From: Octopus sinensis
Taxonomy: Eukaryota
Reading direction: 5' to 3'
DNA: 64,000 nucleotides
NCBI RefSeq assembly: GCF_006345805.1
Contig: NC_043002.1
Span: 5,828,001 to 5,892,000, forward strand
The first letter of the stretch is position 1. The number at the start of each line of letters is the position of its first letter. Shown here one piece after another: positions 25,106 to 36,709 of the stretch. The notes beneath the pieces are model-generated. The model was not told the origin of the DNA and did no database searches. It worked only from the letters and a program-made list of their open reading frames with translations. Position numbers and translations under genes: made by a program.

Positions 25106-25457
25106 GTAAGTTAGAGAAGTGTTTATTGATGCTACTGATTTTGTTATTTATGTGTGTAATGTTTTTTGGCATGCATGTTGTTTCATGTTGTTTCACTCCA
25201 GGTCAGATCCCTGGCTGAAGGCCTTTTAGGCCATAACACTTTCCTCTTTTATTATATTTAGCACTACATTGTCCAGTATGTCTTTGTTTTTATATATATA
25301 TATATAGGCTGAAGTGATTTGAAGGTATTTGGCTGCTCTTTCTAGCAAATCAAGTCACCACATAGAGGTTCAATCATTGGGTTGTAGAAAAGAGTGCTGT
25401 TTATTTTGTTGTAGCATTATGTATTTACATATCTTTTTTTATTGATATACCTGTTAA

Positions 25458-25660
25458 CCCTTTACCATTTAAACCAGCCCTGTCTTGCCCAAATATTCTA
25501 CCTGTTTTATGTTCAAACCATCCATATTTGGCCTCTCATACCTACCTCACAATGTCATTCTAAAAATAACCAGTCACATCATTGAAATCTTAAAGGTACG
25601 AGACAAAGCAGGATTTATTCAAAACAATGTGAATTAATAAGGATTACATTTGTTAAAGGA
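25458..25660. mobile_element. piggyBac-like MITE, degenerate
   Basis: TTAA (25454-25457) + ccctttaccattt ... atttgttaaagga + TTAA (25661-25664). Confidence 0.5.
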
Positions 25661-25845
25661 TTAAGTCATTTTTAGCCTTAAGTTAATCCTGGTTATTGCT
25701 CATCAAAGGCATTCCACTTCTATTTTTCTTTAGGGATTATCATACCTGTGCCAACCTTATCTAATACGCTCATCTTTTAAGATGACAAGGTGTGTAAGAT
25801 AAAGAGATTTGGTTTCTACTTTAAACAAGTCTACCAGTCATATAC

Positions 25846-26064
25846 ATATTTCTTTACTACCCACAAGGGGCTAAACACAGAGAGGACAAACAGGGACAGA
25901 CAAAGGGATTAAGTCGGTTATATCGACCCCAGTGCGTAACTGGTACTTTATTTATCGACCCCGAAAGGATGAAAGGCAAAGTCGACCTCGGCTGAATTTG
26001 AACTCAGAACGTAACGGCAGACGAAATACGGCTACGCATTTCGCCCGGCGTGCTAACGTTTTTG
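25846..26064 (-). mobile_element. SINE family B with TSD
   Basis: TSD ccagtcatatac at 25834-25845 and 26065-26076. Confidence 0.85.
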
Positions 26065-26189
26065 CCAGTCATATACTGTAAATCCTTATTTGCTACAGTA
26101 AAGATGTATCATCTGACTTTGCTCTGTTGACTTCTTCTCTTTGGAAATACCATACTTCCTTTCTGATGCCATCTGTAGAAATCCGTTTT

Positions 26190-28580
26190 CACATTTTCAC
26201 TTTACTGATGCCTCCAGTCAAGAAAATTTGTCAACAGTACAGTAGTGATTATTTATCGTTTGGATTTATTCCCTCTCCTCAGAACTGTCAGTTACCAATG
26301 TGCCTTCTTTGCCATCAAACATTGACCAACGAAGCAATGAAACCTTCATGCTTGAAGTATCACTTTGATGCAAAGCATTATGACAAGAAGGACAAGCCGT
26401 TATCATACTTTTTGCAACTGAGCTCCTCTTTCAAAAAGCAAATACAAACATTCAGCACGCTACTCCAGGAAACTAGGAAACTGGAGAATGATGGGTTGAT
26501 TGCATCGTACAACATTCCATTGCTTGTTGCTAAGTCTGGGAAGTTTCACACAATTGGAGAAGCATTACTCCGTCCAGTTATCAAAGAGGTTTTGTTAACT
26601 GTTATGCACCTGATAATGTAAAACCGATAACATGAAAATCCCACTTAGTAATAACACAATTTCTTGAAGAATCGATAAAATGGCCAATGATGTCAAACAT
26701 CATCTCCTTAATATTCTCCAGTGTTTTGAATTTTCTATACAAGTGGATGAGTCAACTGTTGTGGACAATCAATGTTTGATGATGGTATATGTTCCGTATT
26801 TCAGTGAAGACCTTCAACTTTCTGAGAAAATGCTGTTCACAGAGAAATTGCCGCTTGATTCTAGAGGTGCAACTATTTTGCATGTTCTCAAGTCTTTCCT
26901 TTTTGAAAATAATATCCCACTCAGTAATATTCTTGCCTGTGCGTCTGATGGAGCCCCTTCGATGATAGGAAGATACAGAAGTTTTTCATCTCTCCTAAAG
27001 TGTGAAATTTCCCACCAGATACTAACTCTGTTCGTTGCTTGGCACACTGGCAGCATTAAGTGGCAAAAAATATGAACAGTAGGTTGAATGGTGCCCTACA
27101 GTGAGTTATCAAGACTGTGAACAAACTGAAGTCCAGTCCCTTCTCTGATTGAATTTTCCGTCAACTCTGTCTGAGAAATAAACTCTTATACTCTACCAAT
27201 GTGTGGTGGCTGTCAAAAGGAAACTGTTTTACGCTTTGTTGAACTGTTTCATATAATCATATCTTTCTTTGAAATTACTCCACTATCCGCTTCAATGATA
27301 GCTGCAATATCTTTTTCCTTTGTGATTATTCACAAAATTAAAATTTGAGTAAGTTATTGCAAGGAAACAAAAAAAAAAAAAAAAAACTCCCTTTTGATTG
27401 TAAATAATTTAACACTACTTTCATTTTGAAATTGGGACCTCTGGAAATATGCTGTGCTGCAGAAGACTCGGCCAGCGCAAGTGTGACCATAACCTTGTGG
27501 TCTATGCTAGGGGTGTAACCAGTCCATTTATGCATGCCTTTTCTTCATTGGACGCTAAACTCTGCTTGCGAAGACCAGTTGAGGCAAGTGAAATTGAAGT
27601 CGAAATCAAACTCGGTGACTGGCATCTGCTGCTAGTGGAGCGCTGAGATTACCATATGAGTGAGATCGTTGCCAGAGCAACAAGCTGGCCTTCATGCCGA
27701 TGGTACATTAAACACACCATTCGAGCGTGATTGTTACCGTGTCGCCTTACTAGCACTTGTGCTGGTGGCACGTGAAACATTCGAGCAAGGTCATTGCCAA
27801 TGCCGCTGGACTGGCTCCTGTGCTGGTGGCACGTAAAAAGCACCATTTGGGTGTGGCTGTTGCCAGTACCACCAATCTGGCTCTCGTGCCGGTGGGACGT
27901 AAAAGCACCCACTACACTCTCGGAGTGGTTGGCGTTAGGAAGGGCATCCAGCTGTAGAAACTCTGCCAGATCAGATTGGAGTCTGGTTCACCAGACCTCA
28001 GTCAAATCGTCCAATCCATGCTAGCATGGAAAGCGGACGTTGAATGATGATGATGATGTTGTAGAAGACTAACGTTTCAAAACATCAATTCCATCAATTT
28101 CCACAACTTGATTCTTTGAAAGATGAATCGGTTGATGAGAATTTAACTACATATTGCAACTGTTTCCAATCATTGCATGATGACATGACAGAGCGATTTT
28201 GAGATGTTATTGTGCTGAATATTCCAAATTGGTAAAGCAATCCATTCGAGGTCGATGCAGTTGATTGTGAGGATGACGTTTGGGAGGAATTGGTCGAATT
28301 ACAAAATGACAATGACGCCACAATGCAATATCGCCATAATGGCAAAGAAGATTTGTGGTACCATCAGAGTCTATTGAATTCCTACCCCAGTCTGTGGAAA
28401 CATCTGAAATTACTTTGGCTTGCCTTCCTTACCTTATACCTGGTTTGTTGGAACTGTACTTTGCCATAAAAGAATTGGACTGGATGTGACACAACGGGGA
28501 GACTTGCGGCTAAAGTCGACAAGTTTGAAACCAAATGTATCAACACTAGTTGCGTCGCACCAGACACATGGTTCTCATTA
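26190..28580 (+). mobile_element. Decayed Buster/Charlie-type hAT transposase (SCAND3/ZBED-like), interrupted
   Basis: QYSSDYLSFGFI...PMCLLCHQTLTNEAMKPSCLKYHF (BED-like zinc finger), FSIQVDEST and ASDGAPSMIG (catalytic D motifs), C-terminal DMTERF..IPNW..NPF..ELVELQND. Stops, frameshifts, and an RTE tail inserted at about 27565-28058. Confidence 0.88.
27565..28058 (+). mobile_element. RTE 3' end inserted in the hAT remnant
   Basis: Modular 3'UTR, CCATGCTAGCATGG and (GAT)n tail. Confidence 0.8.
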
Positions 28581-28944
28581 AAAAGTTTTATTCTTTTCCT
28601 TTATAATAAAATCATTAATTATTTTTGCATCGGTAATTCTGATAAATGGTTCATTTGGGGAAAATGAAAATCAGTGTAAAAGGAAGCACAAGTTTCCAGA
28701 AGTTAATCTGTCTGAAAAATATAGAGTTTACGTTAGAATTTTATTGACACTAATGGCAAAACTAAACCCACAATAAGGGATTTGTAAACAACCACATATT
28801 TAGTACAAATGGTTGGTGTTAGGGAGTCCATCCAGCTGTAGAAACTCTGCCAGATCAAGATTGGGGCCTGGTGCAGCCATCTGGTTTGCCAGCCCTCAGT
28901 CAAAATCGTCCAACCCATGCTAGCATGGAAAACGGACGTTAAAC

Positions 28945-28975
<31 letters not shown>

Positions 28976-29715
28976 GTACTAACAGGACAACGAGTCTGCG
29001 ATATAGAGTGTGTCAAATGATATGGGGGGGGCGGGCTAGGGGATTTTTTGTTGGTGGGGTGTCGGTCTTTTTTTACACTAGTGGGCAATGAAGCATTTTT
29101 TGGCCGACAGGTGGGCGATATTGCAATTTGGTGCGAAAAGTTTGGGAAACACTGCACTAGAGTATATGTTGGAGGTGTAACTGCTCTCTCCGGTAGGCTG
29201 AGTATACCAGGTGTAGTCTTCCTTGTTAGCTTTTATTTCAGTGATTTTGTTTGATCTGTTGGATTGTGTTCCCAGCAAAGATGCTTAATTTACAATGGTT
29301 GATCTTAGATGGAATTACTCTTGGAGTACGGTTTTCAACTGTAAAATTCAGGGACTCTATATAACTCAATTTTGCCTTTTATTCCTCTGGAGTGGACATA
29401 TAAAAGTGTACCAGTAAAATACTAGTGTGCATTAAATTTCTCTGTGACTACTCTATGCATTTTAATTAAATTTGTGCCAGTGTGAAATAACAATCAAAGT
29501 GGTTTAGCCTGGGTCATCCCTGATCCAGCAGAACTATAATCAATGGGATTCCAGGCATAACTACACTATTCTGTTTTCAGACACAGTGTATCTAGGACTA
29601 TGTCATTTAATGTCATTTCTTTTTTAAGAAATTCTTATTTATTATGGCTAAATATTTATTATTTTTTACTCTTAATTATTTTCTTTAATTTTTATTTTGT
29701 TATTTTTCCTCTTAG

Positions 29716-30192
29716 TCTTGGAATGTAAATGGGACAGATGAAAAGTATTCTTTGGAACTTTCAAGAAATCAAAGACATTGTCAGGAAAGAACCCCAAACC
29801 ACTTTGAACACACTCCTACTTCAATTAAAGTGTTTCACGAAACTCTGCTGCTACAGAATGCTCTCTGAATAGCAAGGAGCCAGTTCCTATGAACAAGGAA
29901 AATCTCACTGCACCTCCTATGAAAGACCCTTGGATCACGCCCAAAAAAGATGAACCCGTTTCCATGAAGAGGAATTCAAGTAAAGAGCTCTCTGCTTGTT
30001 CGAAGACACCAAGACAGAAAGAAAACAAGGAGAATATCTTTGAAACTCCCAAGAAAGTGGACAATACTTTCGCTGTCCCACTCTCGGCGGCACCAACTCC
30101 ACGTTCACGTAAATGCAAATCGGTAAAGCCGTCGCGTCGCAGTCGGTCACCCTTGATGGGTCGACAACTACAACAGTTGGTAGAAGGGAAAG
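29716..30192 (+). CDS. MELK: MELK TP-rich linker exon with an apparent 1-nt frameshift near 29827-29866
   Basis: Strong acceptor tttttcctcttag at 29715. Frame 1 reads SWNVNGTDEKY...HTPTSIK then stops at 29866-29868. Frame 0 is open from 29829 (ORF 29889: MNKENL...ITPKK...KTPRQKENKENIFETPKK), rich in TP and KEN motifs. A phase-1 donor AAG|gtctgt at 30193 fits the next exon; alternative phase-1 donor at 30109. Confidence 0.7.
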
Positions 30193-30988
30193 GTCTGTGC
30201 TTACTTGATATTTGCTGTTTGCTTATTATATTTATGTTTTTCTTTGTGGTTGTTATTGTTTACCCTCGCATCAGTCCTAACTGAGCAGTCTTGTGCGATC
30301 AAAGACTTTTCAGCCTTGACCACCCTTTTTATTTTTTTTCATTTTTCAGGATTACATTATCCTCTGTGGACACATCCTACTGTTTCTCTAAAATAATATG
30401 GTGTAATTTGAGGAACATTTGGCTGCTACTTCCAACAAATTGGAATAGCCTTGTTGGCTTACTTAGTTGTTTATCCCTAAGCCAGCTCAGGTTGACCACG
30501 CCTACAAGCAAAAGTGTTCAAGTTATGACCACTTTTTTTTTGCTTTTTAGGTAGTATAATCCAGAACCACAGTATCCAATGGGTTCAGTTCCATTTGAGC
30601 AAGAATTGGCTGCTTTTTCTAGGCTCCTTCAAGTCTCTTTACTTTACAGATTTCTTCTGAGGAAGGCCACATTATCAAGTGTGTTTAAAACTTATTTCTG
30701 GTGTTATTAATTGAGTCTAATTTTTGTCTCATCCATTCTAAATGAAAAATTTCTTCGTTTAGATTTTCCAGAAGTAAAAGTAATTTATGAAATAAGTTAT
30801 ATTTCTGTTACCATCAAATTAGACCTACAAGTTTTAGTTTTTTTAGTTCCTCTGTATGTCTGGTTTACACGTGGATTCTTCACAAACTTTATTACAGACA
30901 AAATGTGATGATGTTCTGATGAAAACCCATGTTAATTACTGTGTCTATCTGTATAACAATAAGATAAAATACTTTAAATTTTCCAAGC

Positions 30989-31019
<31 letters not shown>

Positions 31020-32040
31020 GTTAGTATAAATAAATCTGTATATATATAAGGCAGGATGTGTGTGTGTGTACGTGATTGTAATTTATGCACGTCCACAAAT
31101 TAGCATGCATGTCGCTCCAATTTTAGAAGGACATTCGTGAACACCCTACCTGGGTTTTGTCAACTTATTTTTGTTTCCGAGGCACCCGCGGAGACAGGTA
31201 AAAATCTATTTTCTGCCATAGCTTTTACCTATTTTGAAGGTTGATAACATGAGTTAAGTCCTTTCTAGCCATAGCCAAGCGAAAGTGTGTGTGTGTGAGG
31301 GAGAGAGAGAAGTTGTGCGTTGATGTATGTGTGTGTGTGTGTGTGAGGGAGAGAGTGTGTTTCGCAATGTCTAATAAAAATAGTAAAGAAAATGTATGTG
31401 TAAGGAAGAGAGATAGTTTGACGGCATCGACCTCGGCGGAATTTGAACTCAGAACGTAATGGCAGACGAAATACGGCTATGCATTTCGCCCGGTGTGCTA
31501 ACGGTTCTGCCAGCTCGTCAGCCATTAGATATACCTGTTGATATAACAGCATACTGAATACCGTTTAGTTAAGGGTTGATTATTTTGGACATTGAATGTA
31601 TATTTTTATGTGTGAGTTTATATGACTAGCAAACCTCAAAATATAGTTCACCCTTTTTCATGAGAGATTTGCTGCAGGGTTTTAACACACAAACAATACA
31701 ATATTCGGTCCTACATATTGACTGGTATGAAGTAGACACCAAACTGTAGAAATAAATTGCTTTAACAATTCATATGCAAATATCCAAATTTGCATAATCT
31801 ACTTTACCTTTGCTATCATGAAGAAACGTATAGAATTTTTTAAAAAAAGCAAAAAAAGCATAAAAAACCCAGTTTTTTTTTAGCTATTTGAATATCAGCC
31901 TTCCTAAGACTGACTTCTTGTATTTCATGAAAGACAATATTTTATATCAGTTATTAATTAATTGAAATATATTACGGTAAAAGTTAGCTGTTTAATAAAA
32001 CCTTTCATAATTCTTATTTATTCTAAAAATTAAAACATAC

Positions 32041-32528
32041 ATCATCATCATTGTTTAACGTCTGTTTTCCATGCTGGCATGGGTTGGACAGTTCGACCGG
32101 GGTCTAGGAAGCCAGGAGGCTGCACCAGGCTCCAGTTTGGTCTGGCAGTGTTTCTACAGCTGGATGCCCTTCCTAACACCAACCACTCTGTGAGTGTAGT
32201 GGGTGCACAGGTACCAGGGGAGGCTGGCAACGGCCACGATTAGTTGGTGGTTTTTACGTGCCACCGACACGGAAGCCAGTCAAGGCGGCACTGGCATCAG
32301 CCACATATGGATGGTGCTTTTTAGGTGCCAGGGTAGGCTGGCAACGACCACGATCGGTTGGTGCTTTTTACATGCCACCGGCATGGAAACCAGTCAAGGC
32401 AGCACTGGCATCGACTGTGTATGGATGGTGCTTTTTACGTGCCAGGGTAGGCTGGCAATGGCCATGATCTGTTGGTGGTTTTTACGTGCGCAGAAGCCAG
32501 TCAAGGCGGCACTGGCATCAGCCACAGA
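32041..32528 (-). mobile_element. RTE 3' end
   Basis: (ATC)n start, conserved tail and several internal modules. Confidence 0.8.
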
Positions 32529-32704
32529 CATGAAAGCCTTAAAGTAGTAAACAGTTGTGAAAATTGTCTGCAGCTCTTCCTTCATGTGTCTGCATTACAT
32601 TTTAGGGAAAGCCAGACTCTGAGCTGCTACAATTATCCTGAAGAACTCACTTCACAAGAACTTGGCATAGTTTATATCCTAAGCATGAAAACATGCAAAG
32701 TTAA

Positions 32705-33095
32705 CATAATTTCTAGGTAACTAAAAAATTTTAAACTTCGTATACTGGTAGAATGTGTTTATAAAACATCTTTTTCTCTTGGTTTTATTGAGAAAATTCT
32801 ATAGTTTGTAAAATAGTTGTTGTTTTTTTTTCTTCAATTTCTGCAATTTCAACCAATCACTGACGTCCATTGAGGTAAAAAACATTCTGTGCCGTATGAA
32901 TATGTCCCTTGTTTAAGAAAGAGATTGGGTTTATTTACATTTGTGAAGAAAAAAAAAGATACCTTTCATCCCACCCCTAACCCTAACCCCAAAACCGATT
33001 GAAATGCAATAGATCGATACTAGGGTCATAATTGTGGGTGACAATTTCATATGACACTGCTAGAAAAAAACTGCCATTCAAACCGAAAAGATCCC
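32705..33095. mobile_element. Second copy (inverted) of the 898-1313 MITE
   Basis: Reverse complement of about 900-1280; retains the TIR aaaaaactgccattcaaaccgaaaagatccc at about 33065-33095. Confidence 0.75.
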
Positions 33096-33181
33096 AATGT
33101 CATTATCAACAAACACAAGTTAACCATGCTACACCTTCTGTTATGCTTGCTAACGTTTTGCTGTTTCTATTTTCCCAACAG

Positions 33182-33293
33182 ACTCTGCCACGCCTTCAGC
33201 TAAATCTGGAACTCAGGTTTTGTCTCCTTCACGCTCTGTTGATTCCCAGCTTAATAATTTGAACTTGATATCACCAGTATCAGAATTTCACAA
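33182..33293 (+). CDS. MELK: MELK exon (DSATPSAKSGTQVLSPSRSVDSQLNNLNLISPVSEFHK)
   Basis: tttcccaacag acceptor, gtaagt donor at 33294; 112 nt, phase 1/2, which exactly bridges the exon 4 and exon 6 phases; no in-frame stop. Confidence 0.85.
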
Positions 33294-33554
33294 GTAAGTA
33301 TTCATCATCACTACTACTGTTATCATTGGTTTAACATCTAATCTTCCATGCTTGCATGGGTCAGATGAGACCATGTTGAGACAGAGTTTCTCATGGCTTG
33401 ATTCTTTTTCTGATGTTAAATCTCACCTTTTCCCGAGCAAGGTGATAAATCCTCCAGTCTCTCAAAGAATGAACAACTTGAATAAGCTTTTGCAGTGGAC
33501 TGTGAGTAAATGACACCTTCTGCATACACACACACACACGCACATACACACACA

Positions 33555-34093
33555 CGAAAGCCTGGCATCCGTGCTAGCGGGGTGCAAAGAGCACCATATG
33601 AGGGTGATCGTTGACAGAGCGGCTATCCGGCTTGCATGCCAGTGGCACATAAAAGGACACCATTCGAGTGTGATCATTATCAGCATCACCTTACTGGCAC
33701 TTGTGCCCGTGCTAGTAGGGTGCCAAGAGCACCATCCGAGCATGATCGTTGCCAGAGCAGCCTACTGGCTTCCGTGCTGGTGGCACGTAAAAGGGCATCA
33801 TTCGAGCGTGACCGTTACCAACGTCGCCTTACTGGCACCTGTGCTTGTGGCATGTGTAAAAGGATTCAAGTAAGGTCATTGCCAGTACCGCCTGACTGGC
33901 CCCTGTGCCGGTGGCACGTAAAATGCACCCACTACACTCTTGGAGTGGTTGGCGTTAGGAAGGGCATCCAGCTGTAGAAACTCTGCCAGATCAAGATTGG
34001 AGCCTGGTGCGGCCGTCTGGTTCGCCAGCCCTCAGTCAAAATCGCCAACCCATGCTAGCATGGAAAGAGGACGTTAAATGATGATGATGATGA
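33555..34093 (+). mobile_element. RTE 3' end with about five tandem modules of roughly 70 bp
   Basis: Repeated gtggcacgtaaaa-gcacc modules followed by the conserved tail. Similar long copies at 4316-4854, 35190-35597 and 37045-37544. Confidence 0.8.
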
Positions 34094-34671
34094 TCCACAA
34101 GGTAATGATAATCTGGTTAACCCACAGCTACAATAGAAGACACCAGCTGACAGTCCATAAAGTTGAGTCAAACTCCTAACCACCTTCTTCTGAAGCCAGC
34201 CTTTTTAACTGCATGACAGTGCCTGTGCCTATATAAAGCTTATTGACTTTATTTATATAAAAATAAAAAATTGTTATCATTTAGCTCTAAATCATTCTTG
34301 ATTATGATCAAAGATGCTCCAGACATGGCCATGCTGTTTTTCTGAACTAAATTATCCATGTTTTCCTTTATAATTTCAAGTGGGGTTTGCTTGCTATTTC
34401 TAGCATGTTCAGCACCCCTTAAGGTGCTACCTCACTCATTAAGATGTTGGTTACTGAAAGATTATTAGAAACTTGCTGACTTCACGCTACAGAGTTAAAA
34501 AAAAAATGTTTATCTTATTTCAGTATTTCTATATCAACAATTTGTTTAGTTCTTTATATCTGGTACCATGTGGTGGGTAGAAACATTGCCAAACAACTAG
34601 TGTTGTAAGGCTGGTGTATTTGTTGTTGTACTTTTCAGTGGGTTTATTTTTCTTTCCTTTTTGTTTATTAG

Positions 34672-34831
34672 AGCGACATCCTTGGACACAGATCTACATC
34701 ATAGTGGGTTTGATCGCAATTCTGAGAGGAAGTCCTTCAGAAAGAATGGTATGTTCGGCAGTTTGGAAAAAGTCTTCAAGATGTTCAGTCCCAGGGGCAA
34801 ATATATTGGAGCAGGGCCTCGTAAAGTAAAG
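34672..34831 (+). CDS. MELK: MELK exon (ATSLDTDLHHSGFDRNSERKSFRKNGMFGSLEKVFKMFSPRGKYIGAGPRKVK)
   Basis: tttattag acceptor, gttagt donor at 34832; phase 2/0; FGSLE and GPR-K motifs match MELK 'VFGSLERGLDKV...DGPRRLK'. Confidence 0.92.
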
Positions 34832-35703
34832 GTTAGTGTTTGCATACTGTAAATTTAATTGAATTTGGTAAAGTTAGGGGTTGCTTATGCAGGTGCTTCT
34901 GCTCTTCTGAGCTTCCAGTTTACAAGTTTACTTCTTTACAAAATTTTCTGGGGCAAAAATAAGGAAGCATTGAAGCCAGAGCGAGAATTTGGTGTAAAAA
35001 ATACATAGAGTTAATATTTTTATTGGCAACAAAAAGATTTTCTTTTCAAGTAAAGGGCAGATTTTATGATGTATGTATCTGAAGCTTTATGCTGCACGGT
35101 AGCAAAACCTGAGCATTGAATACAGAGATTGTGTAAAAGCTGGAAAGAAATGAAGCATGTATGCAAACCTTGGATCGTAGAGTGACCCGCTGTTCTTGAG
35201 GAGACCTATTGAGTCAAGTACGGTAACACCAACATCAAAATGAAAATCAAATGGAAATTGTAGTTAAGATACCCGTGCTGGTGACAACGTTAAAAGCACT
35301 ATCGGAACGTGGCAGTTGCCAGCACCGCCTGACTGGTGTCCGTGTCGGTGACACGTAAAAGCACCAACCGATTGTGGCCGTTTGCCAGCCTCACGTGGGC
35401 CCTGTGCCGGTGGCACGTAAAAAGCACCCACTACACTCATGGAGTGGTTGGCGTTAGGAAGGGCATCCAGCTGTAGAAACACTGCCAGATCAGACTGGAG
35501 CCTGGTGCAGCCTCCTGGCTTCCCAGACCCCGGTCAAAACGTCCAACCCATGCCAGCATGGAAAACGGACGTTAAACGATGATGATGATGATGATGACAT
35601 GGTCACAAAAACGTGTTGTCTTTACACAGGGGCAGAAAGCTAACATTTTTCTTTAATTCTTAATTATTATTTCATTTATTCTTGTCTCTTTATCTCTTTT
35701 CAG

Positions 35704-35807
35704 ACGACTCACAATGTGTTCAGAACGGAGCAGTACAGCCCTGAATTAGTGTTGTCTAAACTAAAGGAGGCAATACATAAGAAATACATCGGCCTCAGTC
35801 AGTCAGA
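35704..35807 (+). CDS. MELK: MELK exon, KA1 domain N-part (TTHNVFRTEQYSPELVLSKLKEAIHKKYIGLSQSE)
   Basis: tctcttttcag acceptor, gtaagt donor at 35808; 104 nt, phase 0/2; resembles MELK 'HYNVTTTRLVNPDQLLNEI'. Confidence 0.9.
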
Positions 35808-36416
35808 GTAAGTATGTTGTCATCATTGTCTTATATAAACACACACACAGTACTACCATGTTTGATGATATTAAGAGTATCAAAAAATTATAGAGCTCCA
35901 TATAGGTGTAATGTATTGATATTCATAAAGCCAATATAAGTGGACCACTGGAGGTCGAGGTTTTTGCAGTCTTGCATGCCTTCTCTTCCTTCTTGGATGA
36001 GCCTCTCTTTAACACACACACACAGAGGACAGGCTTTTTCCAGTTTCTCTCTACCAAATCTACAAACAAGGCAATGGTTGGGCCTGGGGGACTATGGTAG
36101 AAGACACTTGTCCAAGGTGCCATGCTGTGGGACTGAATCTGAACCCTTATAGTTGTGGAATGGACTTCGTGTGTATATGTGTGTGTGTGTGTGTGCTTGT
36201 GTGTGTGTGTGTGTGTGTAAAGCGTGCTGGTGCTTTGTGCAATTCTTCTAATGACTGCCTTTTTTCTAATCTCATGGATTGCTCATCACAAGATACTCTG
36301 AGTAGTGACAGCGTTAAGCATCATCTTCGGATGAATGAATAAACCCTACAACACATATTAAAATATTTTTTCTTCATTATTTACCTAAACAAATATATAT
36401 GCATTGCTCTTTCCAG

Positions 36417-36594
36417 GTATGTACTTCGATGTTATGTATCTGATGACAAAGGCAAAGTGAAACTTGCTTTCAATTTGGAGGTTTGTGCGATGCCAAAATT
36501 ACCTTTTGTTGGCATCAGGTGCAAAAGAGTAAAAGGTGACACGTGGCAGTATAAGAAGTTCTGTGAAGATATAATTAAATCGTCAGACATATAG
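36417..36594 (+). CDS. MELK: MELK last coding exon, KA1 domain (YVLRCYVSDDKGKVKLAFNLEVCAMPKLPFVGIRCKRVKGDTWQYKKFCEDIIKSSDI*)
   Basis: ctctttccag acceptor; phase 2; KA1 signature F-LEVC...VGIR--R-KGD-W-YK; TAG at 36592-36594 directly followed by gtgagt. Confidence 0.95.
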
Positions 36595-36709
36595 GTGAGT
36601 TACCTCAACAAATCTTATTCAGCATTATATTGCAGTTTACTGATAAGAGCTGATTAGTGTGTTGGGATTATCCTGGATTTTATTTTATTTGCTGTCTTTA
36701 GTATTATAA

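Noticed and set aside
26127-27075. Domesticated ZBED/SCAND3-like host gene
   Set aside because: Stops, frameshifts and an inserted retroelement indicate a dead transposon.
30551-30582. Strong acceptor at 30550 as a possible extra MELK micro-exon
   Set aside because: Only weak donors follow (gtatcc, gttcag), and exon 4 to exon 5 already joins in phase; unsupported without RNA data.
33555-34093. Regularly spaced repeats resembling a CRISPR array
   Set aside because: Whole modules are homologous (no unique spacers), the context is eukaryotic, and no cas genes are present; this is a LINE 3'UTR.
36515-36535. Cys in place of a basic residue in the KA1 GIRRQR motif (GIRCKR)
   Set aside because: A single substitution with neighbouring basic residues retained; significance cannot be judged without orthologue alignment.
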